Source: Octopus sinensis (Eukaryota). Taken from it: 64,000 nucleotides of DNA. This document shows positions 1 to 13,149 of this stretch, in pieces (position 1 is the first letter of the stretch; every line of letters starts with the position of its first letter). Under the pieces are notes generated by a model. The model saw only the letters and a list, made by a program, of their open reading frames with translations. It ran no database searches and had not been told where the DNA came from. Where the stretch lies: NCBI RefSeq assembly GCF_006345805.1, contig NC_043004.1, positions 73,222,001-73,286,000 of the forward strand. Direction: 5' to 3'. The position numbers and the translations under genes are program-made.

Positions 1-270
1 TGGAGACGGTGGAGGCGGTGGAGACGGTGGAGGCGGTGGAGACGGTGGATACGGTGGAGGCGGTGGAAGCGATGGAGACGGTGGAGGCGGTGGAGACGGT
101 GGAGGCGATGGAAGCGATGGAGACGGTGGAGGCGATGGAGACGGTGGAGACGGTGGCGGCGGTGGAGACGGTGGAGACGGTGGAGGCGGTGGAAGCGATG
201 GAGACGGTGGAGGCGATGGAGACGGTGGAGGCCGTGGAGACGTTGGAGACGGTGGAGACGGTGGAGGCAA
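1..270. repeat. 9-bp GC-rich minisatellite (TGGAGRCGG variants), truncated by the window start
   Basis: About 30 tandem units such as TGGAGACGG, TGGAGGCGG, TGGAAGCGA; produces the EAVETV-repeat ORF 9..302. Confidence 0.95.
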
Positions 271-485
271 CAGTTCTAGCCCGAAGTTACAATTGGAGAT
301 GAGGGGATTGTTATTGGTGGTGGTGGTGATGGTGGTGGTGATGATAGTGGTGATGGTGGAGGTTGTAGTGTAGACAGTGAAGAGGGTGGTAGATGTCAAG
401 AAAAAAATGAGAAAAGAATTAAAGGAAGGAAAGAAGGAAAGAAAAGAGCAGAAAAGGTAAGAGAACGGGGACGGGGGAAGAAGAA

Positions 486-520
<35 letters not shown>

Positions 521-992
521 TGAATGATTCTTAGGTGAGATTATCATCGGAATGCGTTTATCATATGAGGTATAAATGTTCAACGCACATTAACGCGAAA
601 GAAAAGTCGTTTGACAGTTATTTCACTTTAGAAGCATCCATTTTTCTTTCACCGAAAGAAAGAATTCTGTGGAAAAACGACATAAATAAAAGAACTAAGT
701 TAGCAATAATTCTAAAACGGTGTGAAAAGAGAAAGAAAGGATGATGTTGCTTGCTAGCAATCGGTTGAATATCTTACAAAGATAGGCAGATCGCGCCCGA
801 CTGAGCACAAGATCTTTCAGTGTAATTGGGTGGTTACATAATTACGTATTCCCACAGAAGGGAAATAAACCGACAGAGAAATTCGGCACACAAAAAAAAT
901 CGGCGAACACAAAGAGACTCATAACCGAGAGTGGAGATATGTGTGTGTGTGCGTGTGTACATATTCATAATGCGTATAGTTATATATACATA

Positions 993-1052
<60 letters not shown>

Positions 1053-1239
1053 ATATATATATAAACAAGTTTACATATACATATGTATATATATATATAT
1101 ATTCATATATACATATAAAGGCATATATATATGTATAGATGCATACATATATATATGTACGTATGTATGTATCTATGTATGTGTATATATACATATATAT
1201 ACATACATATATATGTGTGTATGTGTGCGCGCGCGCGTA

Positions 1240-1274
<35 letters not shown>

Positions 1275-3486
1275 CATATACATTAAGTAAAAAATAAAAT
1301 GAATGGATATTACATACATACAGACGCACACATATACACGTATAAAAATGTGTGTATGTGTGTTTATTGACATTTATATACACAGTGTTTGTGTGTTTAT
1401 ACACACACACACGTATTTATATGTATAGACACACACACACAAATATATATATAATACATATAAATATGCACGCACACTCTGTCAGACACACATATACCCA
1501 TTAAATGCGTTTATCAAATGAAAAGAATCAGAAATGAGTGTGTACACATATTCATATATAAGGTATATATATATATATATACATGTATTATATATATATG
1601 TGTGTGTTATTTGTGTTTGTTATGTATATGTGTGTACGTGCGTGTGTTCGTGTATCTATTAGTACACATACACATAGCCATTCACATTCAATATGTTTAT
1701 TAAATAAAATGAATTACACGTATCAATATATGTGTATGTTTATAAACTGTGCTTGTGTGTGCGTATACATTCATTCATATACGCATAGAAACATACATGC
1801 ACACATGTTTATATACATACATATATATACGCACGTTTATGTCCTTTCAACGTGCTTATTAAATAAAAAGAATTACAAGTGCGCGTATTCACGTCTTTAT
1901 GGAGAGGGGGTGTTCTGTATCTGCACATACGTGCGCTGTAGTGTTGTAATACACACACATACACACATGCACATACAAATATATACACATCCAGTGTTTT
2001 TATTAAATAAAATAAGATATATAGTGAGAAGAATTTCCATTATTGTTCTTCATTGTGTTTTAATAACCGGCGAGAACGAACTGGGACTGATTTGGGAATA
2101 GCATATTATTGCCTTTTCTGCTATATTCATTTCTTCCCCATTTTTCTTTTTTTTCAAGATTTTTCTGAAATGGCTTATGACTAAAAAAACATATTTACAT
2201 GAAAATATTCGTTAGTGATGGTAAAATATTATTATTTTTCACTGAGATATGTTCATTGTAACGTTGTTTTCATCATTCAAACAAAAAAAAGCATTTCTCA
2301 TGAATACATAGCAAAGATCAAAGCTGAAGACGTGAATTCATAAATACTACCATTGGTAGTAACGGACGCCATTTTTTACGCTCCACCAACCAGGGTATCA
2401 AGCATCAACTGATAAGGCAAATCGCTGGAGATTGTTATTAAAATAGCGCGCTTAGCTGCAGCTAAATTGTGGTTCATTTAATAGGTGCTTCGAAATGATG
2501 ATAAAAAAAATTAAATATATTATTTTCTTTAACTTGCCAAACAAGTTCAATCCCAATGGACGGTAAATGGAAACGTTGCAGAACTGAGGAAGAATGGGGG
2601 TAGAGGGCGGAAGAATGAAAGGAAAAAAATCTAAATGCTATCACTTCTTCACATTTTTATCGACATATACATACATACACACGCGCGCGTATGTATGTAT
2701 GTATGCACAGACGTCCATGAATACATCCATACATGCGTGTGTGTGTGTGTGTGTGTATTGACATGTGTTCAAGCAATGCCAAATAGTTGAAGATACATGC
2801 CACGTGATTGCAAAGCGATCACGTGGCATATATTTTCAATATTAATCTCCGACCGACTCAGGCCTTGTGAACAGACGGAATTATAAAGAGGTTTGTCAGA
2901 TGGTAAGTACTCGTGATTCGTAAAGGCAAACTTTTGATACAAAGTCACACACTAATTCTGTCTGCGAATATGGATGTAAATGGAGTCCTCAGCTATTTAT
3001 AGCATAGAGTTCACAAATGGAAATAAACGATGTAAAGAAGAGACAAAAAGCTTAAGTTTTGAGCAGGATTCTTCATCAAGAGTGAGGAAGAACTCTGTCT
3101 GAAATAATCCAAATACAAAGTATTTTGAGTCTTTTTAATTATCACTTGAATTATTTCAATTTTTCACCAGATTTTTTAAAAGTTTTCTATATTGATGTAG
3201 TTTTGCATGACGAGAATCACATTAATTTTTTGTAGAAATTAATAAATAAGTAATGAGCATTTAAAATTATTTACATTTAACCATTCAGAACCGCCATTGT
3301 CGACGGAAGCCGCGTTCACTGTTTCCAAGGGTACAGTAAACACACAAAGATGTGACAACGAAAAGGAATACTTTATATAGCAATCAAATCTTCCTACAAC
3401 TGCTCCACAACATCTTGAAAATACTCATACGACACGAGATCCAAAATGTTCTCTTCCTAACGATATACTAACATTTTTCGGCCGTG

Positions 3487-3645
3487 GATGCACAATGGCC
3501 CAGTGGTTAGGGCTGCGGACTCTCGGTCGTGGGATTGCAGTTTCGATTCCCAGACTGGAGGTTGTGAGTGTGGCGAACCCTACTGTACTCTTTCACAACA
3601 ATTTTCTCTCACTCTTTCTTCCTGTTTCTGTTGTACCTGTATGTC
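3487..3645 (+). mobile_element. tRNA-derived SINE 5' part (family C head), 3'-truncated at the mariner junction
   Basis: A-box-like TGGCCCAGTGGTTAG at ~3495 and B-box-like GTTTCGATTCCC at ~3540; same head type as the minus-strand copy at 16345-16592. Confidence 0.7.
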
Positions 3646-3654
3646 AATAGGCAA

Positions 3655-4657
3655 AGTAACTTATGGTGATGATGCCCCATCATATGACCTTGTAAAACGC
3701 TGGCATCGTGAATTCAAACATGGTCGGAACTCTGTGGAAACAGCTCCCAGATCTGGTCGCCCCCCTTCTGAGGCATTTTGGAAGATCGACGCATAATTAT
3801 TCGCCAAATAGCCCGTGAGGTCAAGATTAGAACCGGGTCTGTGGAAACTATCATTCATGACCATTTGCATATGCAAAAGGTGTCTGCCAGATGGATTCCC
3901 AGGTTGTTCACACCTTTCCAGAAGCAAGAACGCGTCGAGTCCTCGAGAACGGATTTAGAGATGTGCTAAGAAGATGAGTCAAAATTTTTCAAAAGACTGA
4001 TTACACAGGATGAAACCTGGGTCCATCACTATGATCCAGAGACCAAAGCCCAGTCAATGCAGTGGAAGCACCGTGACTCACCTCCTCCAAAGAAGGCAAG
4101 AGTGCAGCCCTCCACTGGCAAGGTCATGCTCACAGTCTTCTGGGACCAGGACGGAGTAGTGACGACAGATTTCCTGGCAAAGGGTACCACAATTACAGGA
4201 GCCTATTATGCTTCACTTTTGAGGAAATTAAGAGAAGCTATCAAAATCAAAAGGCGGGGCAAGATCAGCAAAGGCATCCTCCTCCTGCAGGACAACGCTC
4301 CAGTCCATAACTCGTGTGTCGCCAGATCAGAAGCACAGGCGTGCAGCTATGAACTCCTCCCCCATCCCCCTACTCTCCTGACCTTGCACCCTCTGATTTT
4401 CACCTCTTCCCAGCCATGAAGTAGTTTTTGAAAGGAAAGCGTTTCACAGATGATGCAGCCTTGATTTCTGAAGTCACGTCGTGGTTGGATGACCAAGCTG
4501 GGGTCTTCTACAAAAACGGTCTCCACAGCTGCATCAAACGATGGGAGAAATGCGTAACTCTGGGTGGTTCCTATGTAGAAAAAGACTAATAACTGTGCCA
4601 AGTTGCTCTACTGCTATGAGAAGTGGGTCAGGAGCATTACTTATTGAACGCCCCTCG

Positions 4658-4659
<2 letters not shown>
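3655..4659 (+). mobile_element. Mariner (DD34D) transposon, 5'-truncated, transposase pseudogene
   Basis: Reads YGDDAPSYDLVKRWHREFKHGRNSVETAPRSGRP (HTH), KVSARWIPR (WVPR-like), ITQDETWVHHYDPE (D1 4009), LQDNAPVH (D2 4291), HPPYSPDLAPSDFHLF (D3 4395; 34 residues between D2 and D3 after repairing a 1-nt deletion at ~4375). Internal stops at 3967 and ~4422, end stop 4587-4589. Right TIR ending ...TTATTGAACGCCCCTCG (to 4657) then TA. Confidence 0.95.
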
Positions 4660-4693
<34 letters not shown>

Positions 4694-4720
4694 TGTATGT
4701 ATGTATGTATGTATGTATAT

Positions 4721-4763
<43 letters not shown>

Positions 4764-4943
4764 GTATATATAACTTACTGTGACTAAAAACTAGGGTACG
4801 TTGCGTACCGTTACTTAGTAAGTGAAAAAATGCATAGTAAATGCACAAACGAAAACAGACACAGAATGGCAAGTTAATGGGTCGATTTGTTCGACAAAAG
4901 CCGGTGCTCCAGCATGGCTGTAGTCAAATGACCGAAGCAAATA

Positions 4944-4980
<37 letters not shown>

Positions 4981-6359
4981 AATTAATTAAAGGACATACT
5001 AAGTATGTTTACCTACTGGAAATAACAGTCAAAACTCTTATTTAAATCGCCAAAATATTGATAATAACTACAGAAATCAACTGTCTGAAGGCAAACTGGC
5101 TGAGACAATCTCCCGACGTGCATTCTAGTATTTGGACTCACGTGGACCGGTTCCTGCAAAATAGCCTCAGTTTCCTTAGCACGCGTTACCATGATTGAGA
5201 CTCCCAACCCGTCGTGTTGAAGTCTGCGCTGCGACAGATTCGTTTTGCGCCGAAATTATGGCAGCCACCAGTGTGGAAATAATTTCAATACAGAGCAATT
5301 AATTCACGAAAAAATAATTTGCGAAGATACCATTGACTCTGCTAATATTTAGTGTAACAATGTAAAAATGATAATAACAGAATCACTAATAGAGGCGATG
5401 AAATACACTACGATTTAAGTAAAACTTGGAATCCCTTCTATACTGACTCAGTTTGAGTGAACTAAAACTATTCGCTGCCCTGAGACATTTACTATTCTGA
5501 GTTATTGATCTTGAACGATTACCTTTATTGCGGTTTGCTACTTCGCGTTTCATGCGTGTAAAAATGGCAGGGCTCTTGTCATTTACTACAGAGTTTCTTC
5601 AAACTATGGAAACTCCTTAACTGGTGACCTTCACTACGGTTGGGAATCTATATCTCCTCACAATGCTGGAATGAAAGTTTAGCGAGCAATGAAAGCATAG
5701 AGGGGAAGCTGAGTGCAAAGGTTGTTGCCATTTATATAGAGAAGGAGCGTTGTTATAGCAACTTACCAAACTACCAGAGGATCCTTATTCAGGCTCCTTA
5801 CTTCTCTAAATCATTTGAGATATTTTGATAAAATATACTTTTTAGAATATAGCACTTTCTTTCCGTTAAAGAGGAAGAGCTCTTAATTGGTAGATGTGAA
5901 TGATTGATGCTTGATCGTCTCAGGTGCTACTTAAAATCAAGAAATTAAGACTACCGGTGCATCAACAATAGGGCGAGAACTTAATGTCGGGGTAGGAGAA
6001 GGGTATAAGAAAAAGGAGGTAGAAAAATATGATAAAAAGGAAATATGGAAGATAAGAGAGATAGAGGAGTTAAAATGAAAACATCAAAACAAATGAAAGC
6101 CATTTCAAACATGTAAACATTCGTATGGTTTTGATCTGACGACGATGGCGCTTCCCAGTTCTATAGTAGATGATTCACACGCTGTCAATATTTCTCGAAT
6201 ATATTTGTAGTTTTGGGGGTCTTTTCAGTACTTTCTCTTTGCACACCTTTTCACACCTTTCGCTTCTTGTAGGGTTTAGATTATTCAATGACTTTTTTTC
6301 ATTTAATACTGAAGTCTTAAGCTTTTATCTTTGTCAGATGAAGTCCGCTAATTTTCTTG

Positions 6360-6440
<81 letters not shown>

Positions 6441-7234
6441 CATTTAAATGTGTGTATGTGTATGCTAACGTTTCTTTTCACATTACATATGAAAATGAAA
6501 ACACTTTGACATTACACTGAATACTTTTTAATGAATTACATATTATTCCTACAAGTTTCGACTAGCACGCCTTCTAAGGAAATCGCAGTCTCTTGAAAGC
6601 GAGTAAAACGAAATATCGAAGTTAACATTATTTTCCTAGTAAAAGTTAAAGTATGTGTGTGTGTGTGTATGTATGTATGTGTGTGCGCGTGTGTGTAAAG
6701 TCATGTTTAACACGCTTGAGTGTATTCGGACGTGATAAAACTTTTCACTGCGGGAATAGTCCAGAGAGAATATTGCTCACCTAGACTTGTGTAAAAATAC
6801 ATTTTATTTGAGCCTGTCAGTAGCCACAAGGACTCGTAGAATGTATGCGTATCTGTGTCGTTACGCTTCGTTAGCTACGAAAACCAACTCTGTTGCTCAC
6901 AGTCCGATTAAGAATAGAATTATTCAAATAAAAACAGCATACAGAATGTTTACCGGTATACGTAACGCCTGGTCAAACTAGAATTAAATAAATAATGTCA
7001 CATGAAGCTTCATTGAATAAAATATATTCGTATAAAGTTATGCTTACCACGTTCAAGTATATTCAAAAGTATATGGATATTATAAATTAGATCGGCCCTA
7101 AAACTCAAATGGTAAGTATATTTTATTAACTACAAAGGATGTAACGTAAAGTCGGTTTCGACAGAATTTTAACTCCACCAGCATCTGTGCTACATAAAAG
7201 TTCCCGTGTCGGTGTCACGTAAAAGCGCTCATAC

Positions 7235-7420
7235 ACTCCGTACAGTGGTTGGTATTAAGAAGAGCATCCAGCCGTAAAAACTATCCCAAAACAAAAGGAG
7301 CCTGGACAGTTCTCTAGCTGGCCAATCCCTAGCAAACCATCTAATCCATGCCAGCATGGAAAACGAACCATAACCAATGATGATGATGACGACGACGACG
7401 ACAATGACGATGATGATTTT
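7235..7420 (+). mobile_element. SINE/LINE 3' tail (RTE-like) ending in (GAT)n
   Basis: AAGAGCATCCAGCCGTAAAAAC...CCATGCCAGCATGGAAAACG followed by GATGATGAC repeats; the same tail motif recurs at ~18830-18880, 24960-25020, 25730-25820, 31820-31960. Confidence 0.6.
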
Positions 7421-7900
7421 ATCGAATCTGCAGATCTACTTAAAATCAATCTGTTACTTTCTATGAAGTCGCCTAAATATTGCAAATACTCGGCTGTTCG
7501 ATAAACTCGTTCCTTTCCCACCCCCACGCATTTTGATCCTTTCTAAAGTTATTTAAATTAGCACAAAAAATATTTTCATCGTAGTGTTTTATGAGGCTTT
7601 GTTTTTTTTTATTTATTTATTTATACATTTATCTATTTATTTATTTTGTAGCACTATTATTCTTCTACAACTTTTGTTTATAGTTTTTGAAATTTGAGTA
7701 AATTTTACCACTTTTCAGGCATGACGATAGAGTGCCAAGTAGAAAAAAAGACGAGTGGTGAATTTTTCTCTCGGTCCAATGCTTCAGTTTTGTGTTGACA
7801 TCTATACAGTTACGGTTGCTGTTGATCAAATGTCCCATCGTATTCGGTTATCGAGAATAAAGCGGTTTCGTTTAATAACAAAAACAAACGAGAAAAATAA

Positions 7901-8235
7901 TGGTTGTGTGGTAAAGAAGCTCGCTTTGTACCCACGTGGTTTCAAGTTCAGTCCCGCTGCGCAGCACCTTCGACAAGTGACTTCTGTTATAACCTTGAGC
8001 TGACCAATGCCTTGTGAGTGTATTTGGTAGGCGGAAACTGTGTGAAGCCTGTAGCATACATTTTTATGCGTGTGTGTGTGTGTCCCTCACCAACGTTTGA
8101 CAACCGGTGTTCCCTTGTTTACGTTGCTATGGCTTAGCAGTTCGACAAAACAGACTAATAGTTTAAGTACCAGACTAGACACTTCAAGTCAGTGCTCCAG
8201 CAGGGCCACAGCTTAATGAGTGAAAGAAGTAAAGT
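7901..8235 (+). mobile_element. tRNA-derived SINE, family A (diverged copy)
   Basis: TGGTTGTGTGGTAAAGAAGC head, GTTCAGTCCC B-box-like motif, CORE-like GCACCTTCGACAAGTGACTT, internal (TG)n, tail GTGCTCCAGCA; homologous to 17750 and 53761 copies. Confidence 0.8.
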
Positions 8236-8415
8236 ATATGGGAAATAAAGAATAGAAACAAAAAGAAATACAAAATCTGAAATATTTTTCAAAGTCTAAA
8301 AGTTTCTGGAGAGATTTATTCCACAAACACGTGACTGTTGAGTCATTTCATAGGTACTTATATTAAAATGGAAAAATATGGAAATAATTAAAATTACAAC
8401 TTTTTTCTTTCGAGT

Positions 8416-8446
<31 letters not shown>

Positions 8447-8600
8447 GTTCAATGTGTGGGGGCTTGATGCGGCTTTGGTGTCGGTGGATCTGCAACAGAG
8501 AGAAAATAGATGAATAAGATAGTTTCAATTTAATTCACTGTTATATTTACAATAGAAGAAAATAAAGTGGAAATTGTACGGTACTGGACGAAAATCTTTA

Positions 8601-8655
<55 letters not shown>

Positions 8656-9385
8656 CGTGTGCGTGTGTGTGTGTATGTGTGTGCGTGTGTAAGAAAAATG
8701 TAGAGTTTAGATTGTTTGGTAAGATGGCTAGTAATAAATATTTCCATGCTAGAGGGACAGTTATATCTAATTTTGACACTACTGCAGTTGAAAAGCTTCC
8801 AGTAGCTCTGATTTACTAGGAAATACTTATCTGGAAGGGCCACGAATTTCTTACCTACATTAAAGGTGGAAAAGCCGATAATTTTTATGAGTCTATTTCT
8901 GCCCCATGGGAAAGTTGCTGTTTTGGAAAAGTACAAAATACTTCTGCCAACTAAAGTCCTTTTGGAATAAGGGGCTGCTTTACCAAAAGTTTTTTTAGAT
9001 GAAGACAGATTAAGAATCTTCCAACTAATATTTTTAAACTTCTAAAAACTACAAAGTAGCAGCAGAAGTGTTTATCTATACAGACCCTCATGTGGTTTGT
9101 GGAAAGGTTTGTAAGTATTGAAATCTAAGCTAAGCTCCGCACTGTGAGGTTCTTTCTAAAGGTATCTAAAGTGTGACGTCATTATGAAGCGACACTGAAA
9201 AACCGTCGTCTCGATACATTCTGATGTTGCAATTAGTAAGCTGTTTAGTAAGTCCAGTATATTTAGGTCAATTAGATCGCCTGTGTCCGCACTATCATAT
9301 TCATATATACTGACGCCGAATGAACCTGTAGAATCTGAACACAGCCGATTTAGAGAGGGGGAGGACGTGGAGGCAGACAAGAAGA

Positions 9386-9448
9386 GAAGAAGAAGAAGAA
9401 GAAGAAGAAGAAGAAGAAGAAGAGAAGAAGAAGAAGAAGAAGAAGAAG

Positions 9449-9481
<33 letters not shown>
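9386..9481. repeat. Compound (AAG)n-(CAA)n microsatellite
   Basis: Direct reading; explains the poly-R/E/Q and poly-F/L ORFs. Confidence 0.95.
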
Positions 9482-9482
<1 letters not shown>

Positions 9483-9580
9483 CGCCTTTTATCAATCCCA
9501 AAACAATAAAAGGCAAAGTTGACCACTAAACTTCTGCAGTAGTTAAACACAGACTTTAGACATCCCGAACCAATTATTTA

Positions 9581-9667
9581 CATTATTTACATTTGGCGGA
9601 TATTTGTCCTCATCTTGTTTCTTGTTAACACAACGTTTCGGCTGATCTACCCTCCAGCCTTCATCAG
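9581..9667 (-). ncRNA. Penelope-type minimal hammerhead motif (helix I 5' strand lost) in a repeat fragment
   Basis: Minus strand CTGATGA-A-GGCTG-gagggtagat-CAGCC-GAAAC-GTT-GTGTT; helix III is the palindrome AACGTT; sequence upstream of the core (TTTT) does not pair with GTGTT. Confidence 0.6.
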
Positions 9668-9707
9668 AAAAATGACGATCAAGAATTTTTAATATAAGTT
9701 AGTTAAG

Positions 9708-10754
9708 TTTTTGGCTCAAAAAGCAAAAAGCAAGGCCATGTAGGGGGACATGGAGTTATGTACAGGGTGATGTTCATGTAAATAGTTCAGGCCACTTGAG
9801 GTCAAGGGAGACTTTGAACCGAGCGGTCGTCGGCATCTTTACCATCTCGTCTGGCAGCTTATTCCACGGATCCGCAACCCGGACGGAGAAAGCTCCTTTC
9901 CTTCGATTGAGATGAAATCGTCGCAGGTAGAGCTTTTCGGAATGACCCCGCAGCCGACGTTCTGGAGCAGGAGTGAAGAACAGCTCTTTCGAGAAGTTAC
10001 ACTTTCTGCTTATGATGTTGCGAGCGAGAATGAGATCTCCACGGCGTCGTCGTTTTTCTAGAGAATAAAGGTCGAGCGTCTTCAGCCTTTCTTCATAAAA
10101 CAAATTCTTGAGACCAAGAACCATGCGGGTAGCCAGCTTCTGGACTCTTTCGAGATGCTGTATGTCTTTGAGGAGATAAGGAGAAGAGGCTTGAATCCCG
10201 TACTCCAATATGGGTCTCATATGAGCGGTATGAATATGGCTGCTGTGAGCATTCCGAATGACCGTCGAAATCAAGAACAGAATTCCGCGTGCTTTGTTGG
10301 CAGCATGGACGCACTGGGCCGAAAGCGAAAAGGAGGAATCCACCAAGATACCCAGGTCCTTTACCTGATCGGTCCTCTCCAGCAGCAGACGACCCGGCTC
10401 GAAATCAAGTTGAGTTGCAGGAGGAGAGCCAACAGGCAGATGACAGCACTTTGACACGTTCAGACACAGGTCCCATTCGTTAGACCATCTCCAAACTTGG
10501 TGGAGGCATCGACGAAGATCCTCTGTATCACCGCGAGGAGCGACCAGTTTGACATCATCGGCAAATAGAAGGGTGTGTTGCGTGAGGTCGTCGGGCAAGT
10601 CATTTATGAAGACTAAGAACAATAAGGGCCCAAGCACTGAACCTTGAGGCACGCCACTGCTCGCACTGGAGACGTCGGACCGCGAACCATTAACTTGGAC
10701 TTGGAAGGAGCGATCTGAGAGGAAGGCACCAACCCATCGTACAATATCCGGATG
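9708..10754 (-). mobile_element. CR1-clade LINE, 5'-truncated (RT C-terminal half plus 3' UTR)
   Basis: ORF 9774..10652 and its upstream extension read WVGAFLSDRSFQVQVNGS..SGVPQGSVLGPLLFLVFINDLP, LFADDVKL, LERVQKLATRMVLGL..YEERLKTLDLYSLEKRRRRGDLI, RRKGAFSVRVADPWNKLP; 3' UTR ends in TTTTTGC repeats then TTTTTGAGCCAAAA. Confidence 0.92.
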
Positions 10755-11728
10755 TCAGTTTCGGCAATTTCCGTTGCTTCATCAATTAAGCCCGCTCGAT
10801 CTCGGCTTTTTTTCGGCTTGCTTCTCTCATAGTATATGTTTTCACACACACACACACGCACGCACACACACACGTATATATATCATTGAAAATATAATTC
10901 ATAGATTATATATGAATAAAAAATCAATTTGCAATAGATATTAATTTATATTTAATTATATCAATATACACTTAAAAAGACAATAAAAAAACAGTAACAG
11001 GAACAGCAAATAGTCCATATAAAATTAGTCTGTTTCAAAAAGAATTTCAATAAAATGTATATATGAATAAAAAAAAACTATGAAATATAAGAATTATTGG
11101 GGGGGGGGGAGGTTATTCATCTTTTTAATAACTGTTTCTTTGATGTGGCATATATTGGTGGTGGGGGTCATGGTTGTGCTAATGGTTCAGCTGGTAGTAG
11201 TGTTGGAGATGGTAGTGGTTATGGTGGTGATGTGGTTGTAGTAGTGGTAGAGGTGGTACTTGTGATGATAGTGGCGATGGTGGTGTTCTTGGTGGTGGTG
11301 GTGATGATGGTGGTACTTGTTGTAATGATGGTGATGAAGGCGATGGTGGTGATACTTGTTGTGATGATGGGGGGTGGGGGGTAGAGGTGAAAAAAAATCT
11401 TTCGTGAAGAATGTCGTGACTTAAGTTTGTTTTAAAAGTAACTCTCTAAAAATAAAGTTAGTAATGTGATATTAATTTTAATTGACAAATGCAACCTACC
11501 TGGCTGGAAAGATAAGGGTACCCACTCCCACGCCGCATCATCGGCTGGCAAGTTAGGTGGGAACGGCAGCCACAACAACAATAGCAATGAATAACAGCAC
11601 GATTATGACCCAGTACCCTGTAATGAGAAGAAAAAGGGTGAGAAGAGGAGGAAGAGGAGGAGGAGGAGAGGAGTCGTATTTTAAAATGTTTAGTTAGTTT
11701 AGCAAAAATAAATTTTGACGACGACGAC

Positions 11729-11765
<37 letters not shown>

Positions 11766-11901
11766 GTAATGACGATGATGATGATGATGTTGATGATTTT
11801 CATGATTCAACATGAAGATGACATTGCAATAACAACATGATTAGGAGGAGGGGCTGAAAAAGGAAGAGGAGAATTTTGGTGGTGGTGGTGGTGGTGACGA
11901 A

Positions 11902-11970
11902 AAGAAGAAGAAGAAGAAGAAGAAGAAGAAGAAGAAGAAGAAGAAGAAGAAGAAGAAGAAGAAGAAGAAG
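11902..11970. repeat. (AAG)n microsatellite within a GAT/GGT/CAA low-complexity block (11090-12230)
   Basis: Direct reading. Confidence 0.95.
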
Positions 11971-13149
11971 AAAGGGCGGACGAGGACGAGGGGGAAACTG
12001 AACGAAGCAGCAGAGGGAATAGGCACAGATGAAAATGAATAGAAAGAACGGTAAGGAAAAGCGTAGAAGTAAACGAGAAGAGAGCAGGAACTTTTCGGTG
12101 GAAGCTGGAATTCTAAAAGCACTTGTGTGTAAGACCAATAAAACAACAACTGCAGCAACAGCAACATCAAAACAACAATAACAACTGCAACAACAACATC
12201 AGCAGTAACAGCAAAAACAACAACAAAATAGAAAGTTAAGGAATAATTCTGGTTTCTAAAACAATATCGCTCCTATTCTGAGAGCTGCATGTGAGGTTCG
12301 TTCCACGGCTACAAGATGGGGTTTAGCTTCCTTGACTCCAACTCGAGACGGTTTCTTCTTGTGGTGGCTTGTTTGGTTCCCATTTATAGCAACAGCGGAA
12401 CCTTAGCTTTTGGTAATAGTCTGCTTGTGGTATGAACATCAACAGCTTGGTTTAAAGACTATAGATTTGTAATAACATTATACGAGGATGATGCAAATTG
12501 TGGCAGTTAAGACGCCTACAGCATCTTCATACCGTGCCACACAGCCCATACATGTGTGTGTGTGTGTGTGTGTGTGTACTGTGCTTTAAATTGTGGTTTT
12601 AAATCTGAAAAGAAAATTACACAAATACATATTAATACACACGCGCATGCACACACACACACACACACACATATCCACATACATATAAGCATACACATGC
12701 GTTTACGTATTTATACATGTACATACATAGTATATGCGTGTGGATGTGTATGGATGTGTGTATAAGCTCTGCTTATAACAAGATTAATTAGAAACTAAGT
12801 AAAGTACTCAATACTTCAAAGATTAGTGTTATTTATTCGTTAGCTTACAGGTTCATAAATGTGTAACAATCCTTGAGAATTCTTCAGAAATAATGAAGGA
12901 AAATCCGTAGGTGAATACAATACTTTAGAGAGAAGGAGACGGAAAATTAACCCAAAAACGAAGTGAAGGCATAATTTCGGTGGCATAAAGAGGATAAATT
13001 TGGTCGGAAGAGTGGCTTAATAAAAAATTATGACTGTTAAAATTCATATTTATGAATCATTTACAAGCTTACGTTTAGGTATTATAAAGTGGGGCGAGAA
13101 GGTATTTAGAAAAAATGCTGCTGAAGAACCAAGCCAGGTCAGTCAAGCA

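Noticed and set aside
919-2101. Long ORFs rich in Y/I/C/V/H/T (and dozens of similar ORF-track entries across the window)
   Set aside because: They are translations of (TA)n, (TG)n, (CA)n and (TATG)n microsatellites, which lack stops in some frames; no domain signal
2345-2465. Small palindromes TACTACCA-T-TGGTAGTA and TTAGCTGCAGCTAA
   Set aside because: Short enough to arise by chance in 64 kb; no supporting context
3277-3330. TTAA-CCATTCAG resembling a piggyBac end
   Set aside because: No matching inverted terminus found
8700-9300. Protein-like reading (FRLFGKMASNKYFHARG..KGGKADNFYES) with interspersed stops
   Set aside because: No recognisable motif; cannot be assigned without a profile search
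12481-12540. TACGAGGATGATGC...GCATCTTCATACCG as a possible micro-MITE
   Set aside because: Inverted match too short and gapped
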